A stretch of 63,995 bases of DNA, counting the filler, from Rhabdomonas costata (taxonomy: Eukaryota), in assembly GCA_019059605.1 (NCBI GenBank). It is 14 parts of 14 records of this genome, joined end to end, with 100 filler letters (N's around TTAATTAATTAA, not from the genome) between each part and the next. Parts side by side here need not be neighbours in the genome. Positions count along the whole stretch, not along the records: positions 23,057 to 27,556 come from JAHMHO010000226.1; positions 27,657 to 32,160 come from JAHMHO010000227.1; positions 32,261 to 36,745 come from JAHMHO010000228.1; 11 more parts are not named here. One strand, written 5' to 3'. Made by a program: the position numbers and the translations under genes. The notes under the pieces were generated by a model. The model was not told the DNA's origin. It did no database searches and saw only the letters and a program-made list of their open reading frames with translations. Positions 23,540-36,570 of this stretch are shown here, one piece after another. Numbering within the stretch: the first letter of the stretch is position 1; every line of letters begins with the position of its first letter.

Positions 23540-26500
23540 TAATGTTGGCTGTGGACCCATGGACCCCGTGCGAGTGGTGCAGCGTACGAGTTGTGCGGGT
23601 CCCTGCGGTGGCGGGACGGCTACTGGAGGTCGAGGATGACGGCACAGCGGGGGGATCCCCTTTGCATTGGCAAAAAGCAAGGCGCTTGGAAACCGCTGTC
23701 ACTGACGCACCTGCAAACACTGGACTAACACTGTGTGTGCCAATGCTCGCGATGTCCGGAGATGCATTAGTTTCCCCTTTTCATCCCCCCCCGCCCTCCT
23801 TTTGTTTGCTGCCTCGACGGGTGTGCATGTGAATCCCGGAGACACCTCCCCTGAATAAACATGGGCCAAAAATCGCTAAAACACACATTAATTATGAGTT
23901 CAAGGGCGAAAAATGGCTAAAACACACATCAATTATGAGTCAAGTGTGATGATTTGCGAAATTCGGTTCAGCTCACCAAGAGGGGGAAAACAGGGCGAGG
24001 CATCGGTATTTTAAACCATGGCCTCGCAGTTAAAACCAAGCATTTCCTCATTTCTTCTTCGGGGCGGGGCGAATACAGACCTAAGTACGACAGCGACAGT
24101 GTCACCGGGTTGGAATCGCACTCCAGCAGGTCTTCCGAGGAGCGAGAGGTGGGCACGGACCACTCATCCATGTCTGGGAACATACGTTGGCAACAACCAG
24201 TACAGTAGAACACTATGCATGACGAGGTGGTAGGAGCCCCGGATGCGATAGTCGCAGGGATTACCCCGCACACAGCTGCGCTGCGGTTCGACCTACCGAG
24301 ATGGTCTACACTTGCGTAGAAGCAGCAACGGATGCCATCGCCACGTTTTGTTTGAGGGGGAGGGAGAATAGTCCACCCATGGCTTACATCACCCCAAGAC
24401 CTAAATACAAAAGCAAAAGAATATATAGCACTGTGGAAAAGATGCACTTGGGGAGAGCAGAGGAGAGGAGAGGAGAGAGACCAGGGCCTCCTCCCTTCAG
24501 AAGCTTTGTGGTCGCCCAGAGGAGCTCCATTGGCCGGCTCCTCGCCCGGCTACTCGAGGACTCCTCAGAACTGCAAAGGGCAATCGCAAGGACAACTCAT
24601 CTGGAAGGGCAGGCGTTCAGACCACCACAATCTCTCCTTCCCAGTTGTGCTCATACCCTTCGTTGCATCTCTCTGTGCAGGGGGAATGGGCGCAAATAAT
24701 ATTATTATTCTAATCGAATGCAGTTGGAAGGGGCAGAGGCAGAGTGCCGAGGTACCGAGCGGGAATAGAGAAGGGCGAAATGGCGGCCGCCATCCCCGCG
24801 CTGAGAACAGGGACGTAGACTCCAAGGAAGAGATTGATCGTGCTTTGCTTCACAAAACCCACGAAGTTGTTGCTGCACAGCGTGCGCAGAACAAAGAAAA
24901 GCGGACTACAAACCATACTGTGCAAGTGTTGAATTGAACGGAAATTGAAGAGCCATGGATCCAGCATCCGTATTGGATAAAATGATTCTAAATTGAGTCT
25001 AACATGACACTTATAAAACACCACTGAATTGCACAGCGACATTTGGCTCGAATGTTCACAGGCAAAGTGCAAGCAACAACCAAAGAAAGTGTGCAAGTAG
25101 GTAGTTTGCACCATGAATGGTAAAGCCGAAAGTGGTGTTCGAATTCTTATTTTTATCGCATTCTTGTTGTTTTTCTTCAGACATTGTCGTTACCAAAACG
25201 CTTCCGCCCTATTTACCAGCCCTGGTGCTTGTTAGGGGACAACTACGAAAACGGAAGCGCCCTTGAAAACGGGTATTTCCAAGTCCAAATACCCTTCTCT
25301 GAGTCGCACCCGCCTTCATCAGAGCAGCAATCTCTCGAGCCATGCGACGTGAACCAAAATACCCCAAAATGAAACTCGTCACTGTTGGCAAGTGGTCAAC
25401 CCCTCAAAGAGAAGAGGAAGAGATAATTCGCTGTGGCAAATGCTCAGGGTTGAAGTTGGCAGTCACGAATTTCAGAGGAAGGAGCTAAGAGTGTTCATCA
25501 CAGTTGCAAAAAAAAGGGATGCAAGAGGATTGCAAAGCAAGTTTATTTGCAAGGATCCATATACTGCCAGGTGTGGGGGTGAAAATGCAAAAAATTCCAG
25601 AATGTCAACGATTTGGCCCTGTTTTTGTGCCGCCAGGCCAGGTGTCCCCCCCAACAAAACTCTGATTGCGGTGCAGCATGCTGCGCTGTAGAAGTGAAAA
25701 GGGAGAGATGGTCACTGGAGACCCAAGGCTCAGCTCTGAGGATCTCAGTCATGATGTTCAGGGGAAGGAGCTATGATGATCATCAGAGGTTTCCCAAAAA
25801 ATGCAGACGCAGGACGAGCAAAGGTTATGGTAGTGGTTGTCGCGAGATTTCACAGGACTTGAGAAAGCGGTGGCACGTCATGATAAAAGAAGGGACGGAA
25901 TGAAAGAAAAAATGAAAAGAAAAAGGCAGAAATTCGAGGACCCCTTTACTTTTCATCCGCACTCTCCTTCAAGTGTGTGTGGGTTCCTTTCCGTATTTTC
26001 ACACACAAGCAAACGCGAACAAACAACACCACTGTCACGAAAACAACGAAGAAAAGCACTGCACATAAAACACAAAAAGGGTAAAAACGGTCCCTCCCGG
26101 GTCTCTGCAGAGACCTGTAGAAGCGCTTCATGTTGGTGATCATGTCCCAGGAGGCACCGCGGTGAAGGAGCCCTGCTGTGACGGTGCGGGAGCCGCCGTA
26201 CTGCGCAAAGCCCCACCAAAAGTGACATAAATTGGAGGGCTGTGCGTGTGTAACAGCCGATACGGTTATTTTGATGGGCACCTGTTTCGCAGCGTGGCTG
26301 GCACACCACACGCTTAAAAAGTGCGCGCAGGAAAAGGAGGGGAAATCGAGCACAATGAATGGACCAGGATGTATGCACGACCAATAATGAGGAGAGCGTT
26401 TTCAGTCGGAGCCAGTGCACACTCCACAATGCAGCAGCTCACAAGAAGTTCAAAATGGGCCTATGTATGTTGGTGAAGGAGAGCCCTGTCAGGTCAGCGA

Positions 26501-27414
26501 ACACGTGAGAAAGGCACAAACCTGGAGAGCGATGCGGTCACCTAACTGTATGTACAGCTTCAGGAGTTCATCGATGGCACTGGTGTAATTCACCATCTGA
26601 GTGGGCTCAGAGATAACCCCAAGAGCCGTGAGCTGCACCCCCCCCCCATCTCACCACTAAAGCATGTCGATGTGGCACGAGAGAATCAAATACAAGTAAA
26701 ACAAAGCTGGGTCACTTTACGTCAGATATGCAGAAAGGCGTCCTTCACACCCAATTACGGCCTGATCTCTCATTGATTGATGTGCTTGCTTGGAGGCCGA
26801 AGGACGGCATGGGTGGGTGCTGTTGGAATACCCTCCCCAGAAAGACAAAGAGGAATTACGAACCTGCAGCCCCAGACAGTGCCGCCCCACGAAGAACTGC
26901 GCTAAGTTGGTGCGATCCAGACAGTCCACACAGTTCGTGCGAAGCACCCCGTGCTGCTCCCGCAGAATGCTAATGAAAAATCAAGAGCTTGCTAAAACCC
27001 TCTGGCTCTGACGAGCGAAAGCCAAGCACAGACCCAATCTCCAAACATACGCGCCTGATTCTATTTCGTTGTGTTGTCTCACTGAAGCGCGCAAGCCAGG
27101 CGAGACCAAAAAGTCCTATTGGTTACAGCAGGATTCAACAGTGCTGAAGATGGACTCCATGTTTGCGGTAATGGAGCTAGAGGGGAAACACAAACACAGC
27201 ATCCACAGCGCGAGCAAGTGTACAACGAGAAGCAGAGGAAGGGGGGGAGACAGAGATTAAGTGCAGACCTTTGTCCTGTCCTCCCCGAAGTGGACCGAGT
27301 GGCGAAGAAACCGGTGCGGTGCAGGCAGAGCTCCGCAATGGCGGTCATGTCGTTGATAACCTTTTCCGCCTTTCTGCGAGGGCCACAGGATAGAAAGCCC
27401 AATACCCCGGTGCT
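23540..27414 (-). CDS. FIG4: SAC-domain phosphoinositide phosphatase, FIG4/SAC3-like, internal exons
   Basis: Catalytic exon ~26963-26863 reads [25 protein letters not shown] (CX5RT). Next come [16 protein letters not shown]...[32 protein letters not shown], colinear with FIG4. Exons downstream of ~24740 are only tentatively assigned. Confidence 0.85.
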
Positions 27415-28125
27415 CTGAAATGGGGAAGCAGCTCTATCTTTGAGGTACTGAGCATCTCACTTTGCTGCCTTCCCTTCGGGGGGGGGGGGCTGAGACATTG
27501 GAACCTCCCTTCGACGGAAGCACTCACACCAACTAACCCCTCTTCTCCCACACACCNNNNNNNNNNNNNNNNNNNNNNNNNNNNNNNNNNNNNNNNNNNN
27601 TTAATTAATTAANNNNNNNNNNNNNNNNNNNNNNNNNNNNNNNNNNNNNNNNNNNNTTTGGTTGACATGGATGTGTTTTATGTACTGGAACCAACCATCC
27701 ACGGGACAGCTTGGGTCCAGTACATAAAACACATCCATGTCATCAAAACCACCAGGGAACGCTCCAACCCCACAACAGATGATTTGCTAAGCAAATTCAA
27801 ATTCACTGGACAATGAGGACAAAACCACATTCCAGCAAAGGATAATGGGTTTGTTCGTCCTCCCGCAGTGGCGGAGGAGTATTGAGTAGGGGGGGAGGGC
27901 AAACCAAGACTTCTTAAAAGATAAGGAAAGAGGAAGCGACGAAAAGGAGGGCAGGAGTGGATTTCGGCAACGCCCGAAAAACCCATATGCTCAACACCGC
28001 GGAGGAGGGAAGGAAGAGCACTGTCACGGAGACAGTATATATAAAAAAATCGATGAAGCGCAGCGGTGCGCTTTCACAGGCCGCTTCTAACCACTGAAGA
28101 CCACTTTTACGCTGTCTCCCGCGCT

Positions 28126-29932
28126 TTAAGATGAGCGGCGTGTCCACTTCAAGTTCGGCGAGGGCGCGGGAACGGCCACCACGGAAGTGAAGGCCTGGGG
28201 AGGAACGTACCCCGGGGCCACGCTGAGCTCGTAATCCTGCAGCAGCCGACTCAGCGCTACCGCCACCTCGGCCCGCGCCAGCCTGTTCCCAGGGCAAACC
28301 CGGGGCCCTCGAGAAAAGTTCGAGGCGCACGTGTGGGCTTCAAGGCGGGTCCGCTTGTCCGCCTCCAGGGCTTCCCAGCGCGAGGGATTGAACCGCTCCG
28401 GCTCGGGAAACAGCGCGGGGTTCATCGAGGCGGCCGCCATGTTGGGGATTAAGAAGGTACCCTGCGCGCAAATGTTGGGCAAGGGACTGTGGGTAAAATG
28501 GCAGCAAAACCTGACTCTCAGAGGCTTGAATGGGAAGGACTTTATCTGTTTGCTGTTCCCTTGATTGGTTTGCTCAGGGCAGCAAACCAGCTACGCCAAG
28601 TTCGCAATAAAAATGCGGGGCGAGATGGCCAGACCGCCCCGAGATATCGATAAATTGAAAAACTCGAATCCCAAGGAATTCGACACCATCAAGCAGGCAG
28701 GAGAGGCACCGTGGTTCCCATGGATGCATGGGTTGTCCAGCCGTCTAAGAATGCTCACCGAGTCAGCTGCCAGTGGAGCTCGTGACAAGCACGACGAGTA
28801 CGTCCAAAAAAAAGAAACTCAGTAATGACAGACTTAAACAGACCTTTGGAAGGTGATAGCCCAAGATCTCCGCATCCCGCGGCAAGGCTCGGTACGTCGA
28901 GAACACCGTCGGGGTGAGCCGCCAGGACTCCTCCATGCAGTACCGCAGGAACTTAAGTTGGGAGAAATGCTCTGAGCCCGCGGTGGCACCCTTGAGCACT
29001 TGGGTGAGCTCCGCGTGGACCCGAGCCTGAACCTCGGGCATCGTAGCCATCCAGTGCAGAAGCCAGCCGATGGAGTTGGAGGTGGTGTCCACACCCCCAA
29101 TCATCAGAGCAAGCATGTCGACATTCAGCTCGTCCTTGGTGAAGTTGGTGTTGTCCCTGAGGTAGGCGAAAATGCTCGCGGGGTCCGCTGTGCTCTCCAC
29201 CGCCGCCATCTGCTTCAGGCCTTCCTCGTAGAGCTCCTCCATCGCGTCCAGCCAGGCCTGGAGCTCCGGCGTAGGGGGGTTGCCATTCTCCCACGAGCGG
29301 TCCATCATGCACGGCATCGAGAGGTGGAACATCTGCACGGTCTTGTCGATAAACGGGTGCCGGGCCTGCCCTCGCTGCTCCAGCAGACCCATTCTTATCC
29401 CGTACAGGCACGCCACAATGATCTCAAAGGCCATCGGAAAGGCGAATCGGTCCACGGCCATCATCCGCTGTTGGTCCACGTTATTCTCAATGAATCCCGG
29501 AAGGTCGTTGACCACGGCTTTGACGTAGCGATCTGCAAGTTCTGCAGAATCCTCCGGGGTGAGTAGCTTCTTTGCCATTGGTTTGCGGTGCCGAGACCAC
29601 TCCGGACCGTCCAGATTGATGATAAAGTCAACCTTCTTATCCTTAAAGCGAGGGCTGCGTATGAAGTACTCCGACCAACACAGAGCGGGCATCCCATGCA
29701 AAGGGACGGGACCCGAGGCACGGTGGACCGCATCGATGCCCTCAAAGTTCGTCACATGGACCTCGTCGTAACCTGCAAACGGGGCCAGGAATATCGGGCC
29801 GTACTTTTGGCCCCAGGCTCGGTTATAGGACAAGAGCTGAGAGGCCTCCGCTGCGGTGTTTATCCTTTCGGCAATTGGGACCACGGGAAGATCGGAAAAG
29901 CCACGAACCAGAAGCTTCACCCAGCGACGCAT
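28126..29932 (-). CDS. Cytochrome P450, complete two-exon gene
   Basis: Exon 1 is 29932-~28844 and exon 2 is ~28461-28126 (GT-AG intron). Motifs: C-helix WSRHR, I-helix GGVDTTS, K-helix ESWR, PERF (FPEPERFNPSRW), heme-binding FSRGPRVCPG. Confidence 0.95.
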
Positions 29933-30846
29933 TCTTCAACGAGAGATGATGTTAACACTGCAAGAAAATTCACGCACAGAGTACCACAAACGAACAAACA
30001 TCACAAGTGAGGACAACATGCAGGTGGTTGTTCGGAGATCGGAATTTGCAAGGTGAAAGTAATCCCAAGCAAGGGGAAGAGGAAATCGGAATAACAAAAA
30101 ACCGACATTCAGTTCACTTGGAGGGTGAGTGAACACTTGTCCAAGATGGATATACAAGCTATGTGACGTGTGACGTGGAGCTCCATTTGACTGAGAATTT
30201 AGATATTCATGCTTTGTGACGTACAAGTCCTGTCCTTTTGGAGAGAAAAACCCAGGCCTGCTCGTGGGCCCCCCTCGGGGTTGACAAACCGAAAGTGGTA
30301 CATCACAGAGTTTTTAGCTATATTCTAAACGACGTTTGGGTCGTCCTAGGTTCAGCCTCCCACTCTAGCTGAGCTGCCGATGACCACCCCTTAAGTCCCC
30401 ATAAGCATGCTAACCTTTCACGGCAAAACCCCATACTTTTGGTCCATCAATTTGCCCCCACCACCACCAAAAAAAGGGCGAGAGATGTTGAAGCCCATCT
30501 CCGTAGCATGAAAAGCAGATCAGCTCAATGACTTTGACAAGATTGCAATGTTTTGAGCTCGACACGGGCAAAGTGAGCAAAACCACTCTGACTGGCGGCT
30601 CGTCCTCAACATCCAGCCAGCGAAGGAAAGGGAAAGTGAGAATAGATGTACATTCTACTAGGGACACAGAAGTTGTGACAGCAAAAAAAAATAGGGACAG
30701 CTGAATTTCACAACAGTGAAAGCAAGGGCAACAGACGAAAACAACCCAAGTGCCACGGGCCCAGGCCCGGCGAAGAGGCAGACGATAACAGTACAAATCT
30801 TCGGTAGGGGCCCCCGGATATCAACTGGGCACAAAATTAAAGGAGC

Positions 30847-31357
30847 TCAACGCAGCTCCTTCAGCCGAGTCACCAAAAAGCACAGGTTATCCAGGATCGC
30901 GGCATCTAGCCCTGCAAGCTCTTGTTTTCGAACAAACTCTGCGGTGCAGTTCCTGAGTGATGCAACCCAACAGTGGCAAAACAAGCATAAAACAGAAACG
31001 TGCAACTTTAAAAAACGAGGATATTTATGGTGGGTAGTCTTCACTCCTCAAGCTTTCACAGCTTCACACAAAAACAATTCCTCAAAAGGAGACTTGCATT
31101 CAGAAGGTGCAGACGGTTTGATAACCACTAAAAAGTTCCACTGCGAAGAAATTCACCTCTACCTCCGTTTCCCTCCAGGTCATATAAATAGAAGAGCCTG
31201 TGCTGGAGGATGTAGCGGGATGAGAAACGGACCCGTAACCCCAACTGAAGACTACTAGTCCTTCCTTTTTCATTTGAGATACGGCAGACACGTCGGCATT
31301 CAGCAGCAGGGAATCCACCGCCACCCCAAAGCAAGACAAATGCTGGGCCACGCGAAC
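30847..31357 (-). CDS. Glycerophosphodiester phosphodiesterase (GDE1/GPCPD1-like), last two exons
   Basis: Exon 31357-31233 (VRVAQHLSCFGVAVDSLLL...MKKEGLVVFSWGYG) splices to exon 30952-30847 (NCTAEFVRKQELAGLDAAILDNL...stop). This matches the GDPD C-terminal pattern GLxxFxWG..N......GVDGhIxD. Confidence 0.7.
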
Positions 31358-32736
31358 CTGGGAATAGCACAGTTTACCCACATCCACAGATCCACAGAAA
31401 TGCATAGCCATTTGTGCAGCAGACATATAACTGGGTGTAAATTGGATAAATCCCCCATACTTTCGTTTTTTCATCCCGTACGTTTTTCTCGCATTTTCGT
31501 ACCTTTTTCATACTTTTCTGTGTTCATCGACTTTTCACAAATTATGGATACTTTTCGCGTTCTTTTTGTGGTTTTGCGTGCAAACGTCGGGATAGTCTGA
31601 ACATACCGAGATTTTGCAAGAGGGGAGGGGAGGTTTGGTGGTACATTTATACCACCATATGTATGTCCTCCCTTTACTGACCACCCCCCACCTTACAAGT
31701 TTTGGGATATGTGCGTGAGAAATTTCAAGAATTGCGTACTTATGAAATATATTTCACCGCCAATTGGGCGTAAATACCATTTCGTCGCCAATTCAAGCAA
31801 AATGGGACAAAAATTATGGCATTGCTTGTGCTGAGAAAATAGGTTCCACTGACCAGTGTGTATCGACTGCGAAAAAGGACGAACAACAAGAAAAGGGGGG
31901 GGTACAAAACACTCCATGCATCTGCCATAACGGTTTTGACGCACAAACGCCAGGAGGTTACTGTAATCTTACTAGAAGGTGGTTGCGATATTCTCAACTC
32001 TGGACTTAGCAACAATGGGAAGTACTTCAGCACTCAGTCAAGCCTCTCAAAGAGAAACTCGAAAGCACTCAGTAGCTTAGTCAGAGCTCTCCACACAACC
32101 CACGCACGCTGTGGATTCTCCCCTCTCAAACAACCAACGCTCTGGAGCCTCACACCCACCNNNNNNNNNNNNNNNNNNNNNNNNNNNNNNNNNNNNNNNN
32201 NNNNTTAATTAATTAANNNNNNNNNNNNNNNNNNNNNNNNNNNNNNNNNNNNNNNNNNNNTTTGTGGTGTAGGTGGCTGAACTGGCGGGGTATGCCGTGC
32301 GAGGGCTGGCGCTGCGTGGTGCGCTGACCACGGCGGCGAGAAGGCGTGCTACGTCGAAGTTCCTTTGCCGCTGCGCGGAACGCTTGAAAGAGCTGGAGGT
32401 GGGCTTGTGCTAGGGTGGTTCGTTGAGTCTTGTGTTTTGGGTATTAGTTCACCACTTTCGTGCTCACAATGAGCTCCCCACGATCCCATCACCGACTGGA
32501 AAGCAATTCACTGCTTCTTCCCGGGTCCTGGGTTTTTTTCTGGGCCAGCTTTAATTTAAAGCATCTCCTTTTCAGCATGTTTCTTCTCTTGTGGCATAAA
32601 ATTACTTGGTGTAATGAAAGCTAATTTTTGGTATGCCTTCATTTGGGTTTCAAAGCGGTTTCAAGAAGAGCAACCGCGAAATACCGTGAGACTAGTCAAA
32701 CTCTCAGTTACAATGTTACCCTTGGCCGCCGAACAT

Positions 32737-32776
32737 CCGCCAACTCATGCCAACTCATGCCAACTCATGCCAACTC
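32737..32776. repeat. 10-bp tandem repeat (GCCAACTCAT)x~3.8
   Basis: Directly visible: ccgc caactcatgc caactcatgc caactcatgc caactc. Confidence 0.85.
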
Positions 32777-33044
32777 TCGGTCCCGAATTCTTTCCTTTGT
32801 TCGTTACACCACGCCGCGCCCGTATGCGGCGCTGCACAGTGAGTCACTCCCTGTGGACTGTGGGCGGTGCGGCTTCAAAAAGAGCGGGGAACGCAGTGCG
32901 GAACGTGCCGCTGGAACCTCTCAAACAGCCCCCCCCTCCGAAATAAAATAGGAGAGGGAAAATCCTGTAATAATTCAATTTCTTTATTCCCTATTTTTTA
33001 TATTCCCTTATTTTATTTTCCTCTGCATTGCCCCCCCAAAAAAG

Positions 33045-34821
33045 CTGGCGCACAACCTTTTGATCACCAACGGGCCGCAGGGCATGGTGTTCTTCTACCC
33101 GCGGAAGCTGGTGACGGAGCTACCTCAGTACCATATTGTCACCGGATTCAGCGAGCTTTCCGGTGCGTGCGCGAATGAGTTATCATTCATCTATTTGCTA
33201 CTGTTTTGGCCTGACGAACTAGTGAGTGCTGCGCTTTTTTATACGGCATTTATACGGCCCCGTGGGACTGTTGCTGTACCACTGTATCCAAACTTGTGCT
33301 TCACTTTTTCATGCCAAACAGGACCACCCAAGCGCACCATCTTACGTTTTAAGCCGTAGTTTATTTCATTTCTCTTTTAAGAGGCAACGGAACATAAGCA
33401 ATGTCTTCATGAAAGTGCAAGGCAACTCTCGTATCACACGCTACAACGTTTAAAGCTGCCCTTCTGCCTCGGGCTCGAAATTTGGGTTTACCATGGGGGT
33501 ACGTTCGTGTTAGGCAAGCAACAACCCCGGCCATAAGAACACCAATGACATCCCCCCGCCAAGGGGCACCACAACCGGCCGAGGGTGAAAGGTCGGAAAA
33601 TGCTGACTCCAAGGACCGGCCACGCAGCGCTTCGGGAGGCCTGCTGTATATGCAAAAAACCAGGCCTATTTCGGCGTAGCCCTCTTAGTTCCCTTAGTTC
33701 CCACCACATCCACTCTCTCACTCACACTCAGTCTAGAAGTAGGGCGAGCGTGACGCGCCACGCCACAGGTTACCATATTCTTTCCACGGAGCGTGACCTG
33801 CGGAGCGTGAACCCTGAGATCGTCGCCCACCATCTTAAGACGAACGTTACTTTGTCGGACGAGCAGTGGGCGAGTTTTCTGACGCTGTGCCTGCGGCAAC
33901 CCGCGAGCCATGGGGCTCCTCGGCGTATGTGGATCCCCAAGGGCTCTGCGGGTGCATTCCCGCACGCCCCCGCAAGTGTCTCTGTTTTGCAAGAGTAGAG
34001 GCAGCCGGAAGCAAAACGGCGACCTATCCACCGTTTTGCTTTTCGGCGTGCGTATGTGTGCGTTCAAGTTGTTGCCTGTGATTGGCTGCATACGCTTAGA
34101 GATGACGACTTATGCATGAATACTTACGCAGAAGGTTTTGTTCTGCGATTGCTGCAGTCACTCGTAAAAGTGGAAGGGCTGGAACACGAGCAGACTCCGA
34201 AAGCGATGCCCCACCATATGCGAAAGAAAGAGGGACTAACGAGGAAACAACGAGACAATCTAACACCCTTCACCGACCGACAACTTCAGGTCGAGTGAGT
34301 CCCATCGAGAGTGAGAACGCGGGGTTGCGCACAGGTTTTGTTGGTGTGAGACGCGCAGGTTTCACGTGCCAGTTATCGGTGAATGAGTGTACTCCGCTTG
34401 GCACCTGGCGCGACAAGATACCACCTTGGGTAGTGCTAAATGCAACGACAAGAAGCTGGGCATGAAAAATGGGAATAAGCAAGACTTTTAGTGTGGCAGT
34501 GGGAACGTTCCGTGACCCTTGCGGTTGTGTCAAAGCCCGGGGTCGGCAGTGGTGAAGCTGTTCTCAAGGGGTGGGTGCTGCTCGACGAGTGAGGCTGTAG
34601 CCTGGGAACCGCGGCAGGTGTCCTGCTACAAAAGAAAAAGAGAACGACTCCCAAAGCAAGCTGAAGGTGCTTGCCCCTTCACTCGCCTGTCACACATGGG
34701 TAAAGCCCGAAGAGTAAGGGATGAGAGGCGGCAGCGCTTCACGATCATTCAGCGTTACTTGAAATCAAGCCCCGTTCCTGGAATCAGATCTTTCCCGAGA
34801 AACCATAAGAAGATGGGGTAA
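33045..34821 (+). CDS. Uncharacterised multi-exon protein, probably 3' part
   Basis: Exon-like blocks ~33045-33162 (LITNGPQGMVFFYPRKLVTELPQYHIVTGF), ~33769-33951, ~34158-34289 and ~34540-34821 have AG/GT-like edges and coding-like composition. No family recognised. Confidence 0.4.
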
Positions 34822-35368
34822 CAAGGACCGGCACCAAACAAAAAGTTGAGAAATAACGATGTGTTGCAGAAAAGGTCGAAAATATCAGTTTATCCCTGGG
34901 ATTAGCCCCTGTCTCAACAATTTTCCGTTCAAGCACAAGCACAGAGACAACTCCTCTTTTTTTTTTGGAGTTTGGCCAATCCAAGCCCCGGCCGAAAGCT
35001 AATTGTGCAGGGCTGCAAAGAAAAATTTTACCCACAGTACCCTGACTGGCGGTATGATGCGCTGTGCTTTGCTACGATGGGTTTTGCCATTGACAATCTC
35101 GGGTAAGCCACGCTCACACAGATACTCTTGGCCTTCGACCGAGCCCAGCCTCCCTTGCACCCAGTGCCGAATTTTTTTTTGTCCTGACCTACGGTCTCAC
35201 ACTCTTTGTGTTGTACGTGTTGTACGTGTTGCTCCGTATGTTCCCTTGGGCTGTGGTTGGCGTAGGTTCCAAAGGAGACTATATTTGATTGTGTTGACCC
35301 GGTGACTGTCTTTCGCCCCCCCCCCCCAAAAAAAACCCACTTGGGAGAGGACGCAGGGGTTGCTTGAG

Positions 35369-36570
35369 ATGGAGCCCAGTGTGACTGGGGATGCGGTCTC
35401 CCCGGCGGACGTGGAGCGCCTGGTGGGGGAGCTGCGCCCCATTGACATTGAGGAGGTGGGGTCCGCGGAGTGGAAGGCGCAGAGAGAGGTGTTACTCGAC
35501 TTCTGGGGGGTTGTTGGTACCTTTGCTTTGAATTCCATGGGTTGAGGTGTGTCATTATTTGTGGAGTGCTTGTGGCCCAGACAGGTCTTTCAGCATTCCT
35601 CTCAGTGCGCTGATTGATTGGCAAACCTTTCAATTGATGAGCAAGGCCACCCTTGCACAAAACCTAATTTCATCCCTTGTCCAGTGCGCCTTTTTTCAGG
35701 TGGATACCAATGTCTGCATCCGCTGTCACAGGTCCTGGAGCGGCTCAACGTGCAGGCCCACCACAACGTTGCCTCCAAGAGGGATGAGTTCGTCTACGAG
35801 GCCCTGCACTCGCTTGAGAAACTCGGCGTAGTCGTGCACGAGCTGCTGGTGAACAGCGTGTGGAAGGAGAGGGTCTACCCCCTGCTCCGAACAGATCTGG
35901 ACCGCAGCCCCTCAGGAGGTTTGGCTTTTCTATGTTCAGACTTTTCAATGTCCCGCCCTTTAATTTGCAGAGCTCCCCTCCCCCACAGCCTCCACGACCA
36001 TCCCTTTGGCCTTTCGAGTTGCCTTTTTCATCTTTTCTCGTGCGCTTGTGGAATTCCTCTAAATGCTATGCTGCTTAGTTTGATGCACAAAGAAATGCCG
36101 GAAAATTTCATGCCCCGTGTTTGGGTCTGTTTTCTGGCACCGTGAATTCCCTTTTGACGCGTATATGCGAGAAAGTGGTGTGTTGTAGATCTGGTAAGAA
36201 AGGCTGGAGAAAATGAACCACAGGGGCTTAATCTTGCTGATTGCTTTTGCGTGCCAAGCCCGCGGAAAGACATACTGAGGAAAAGTCAAGTCAAGTTGCC
36301 GTGAGCGCGTGTGTGAAAAGTTGCTCTCGAACATTGTGTGTACGTGTGGCCTTGGGGTAGGGTACATGTATCTGCACTACGAAGCTGTTCTCACCAATCT
36401 GCTGGAGGTCTGCTTATTCAACGAGGATGCCCCAGAGAGCCTGGGGGACCTCACCCTGGAGCTGTGCGACTACTGCTACCGCCAAGTCCTCTACCTCAAC
36501 ACCCTTCCCGAGAGCCACCATCTCATCCCAAAGACGGACAAGGACGCCCTGCTGGCAATGACTGATGAAG
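35369..36570 (+). CDS. ZMYND10: ZMYND10/BLU (DNAAF7) dynein-arm preassembly factor, 5' part
   Basis: Exons 35369-35488, 35732-35918 and 36361-~36570 give VERLVGELRPIDIEEVGSAEWKAQRE|VLERLNVQAH...ELLVNSVWKERVYPLL...YLHYEAVLTNLLEVCLF...LELCDYCYR, colinear with the ZMYND10 N-terminus. Confidence 0.88.

Noticed and set aside
23868-23946. Short tandem duplications (~40 bp here; 17 bp at ~18060-18094) and microsatellites (e.g. 62180-62270)
   Set aside because: Ordinary slippage products with no spacer structure.
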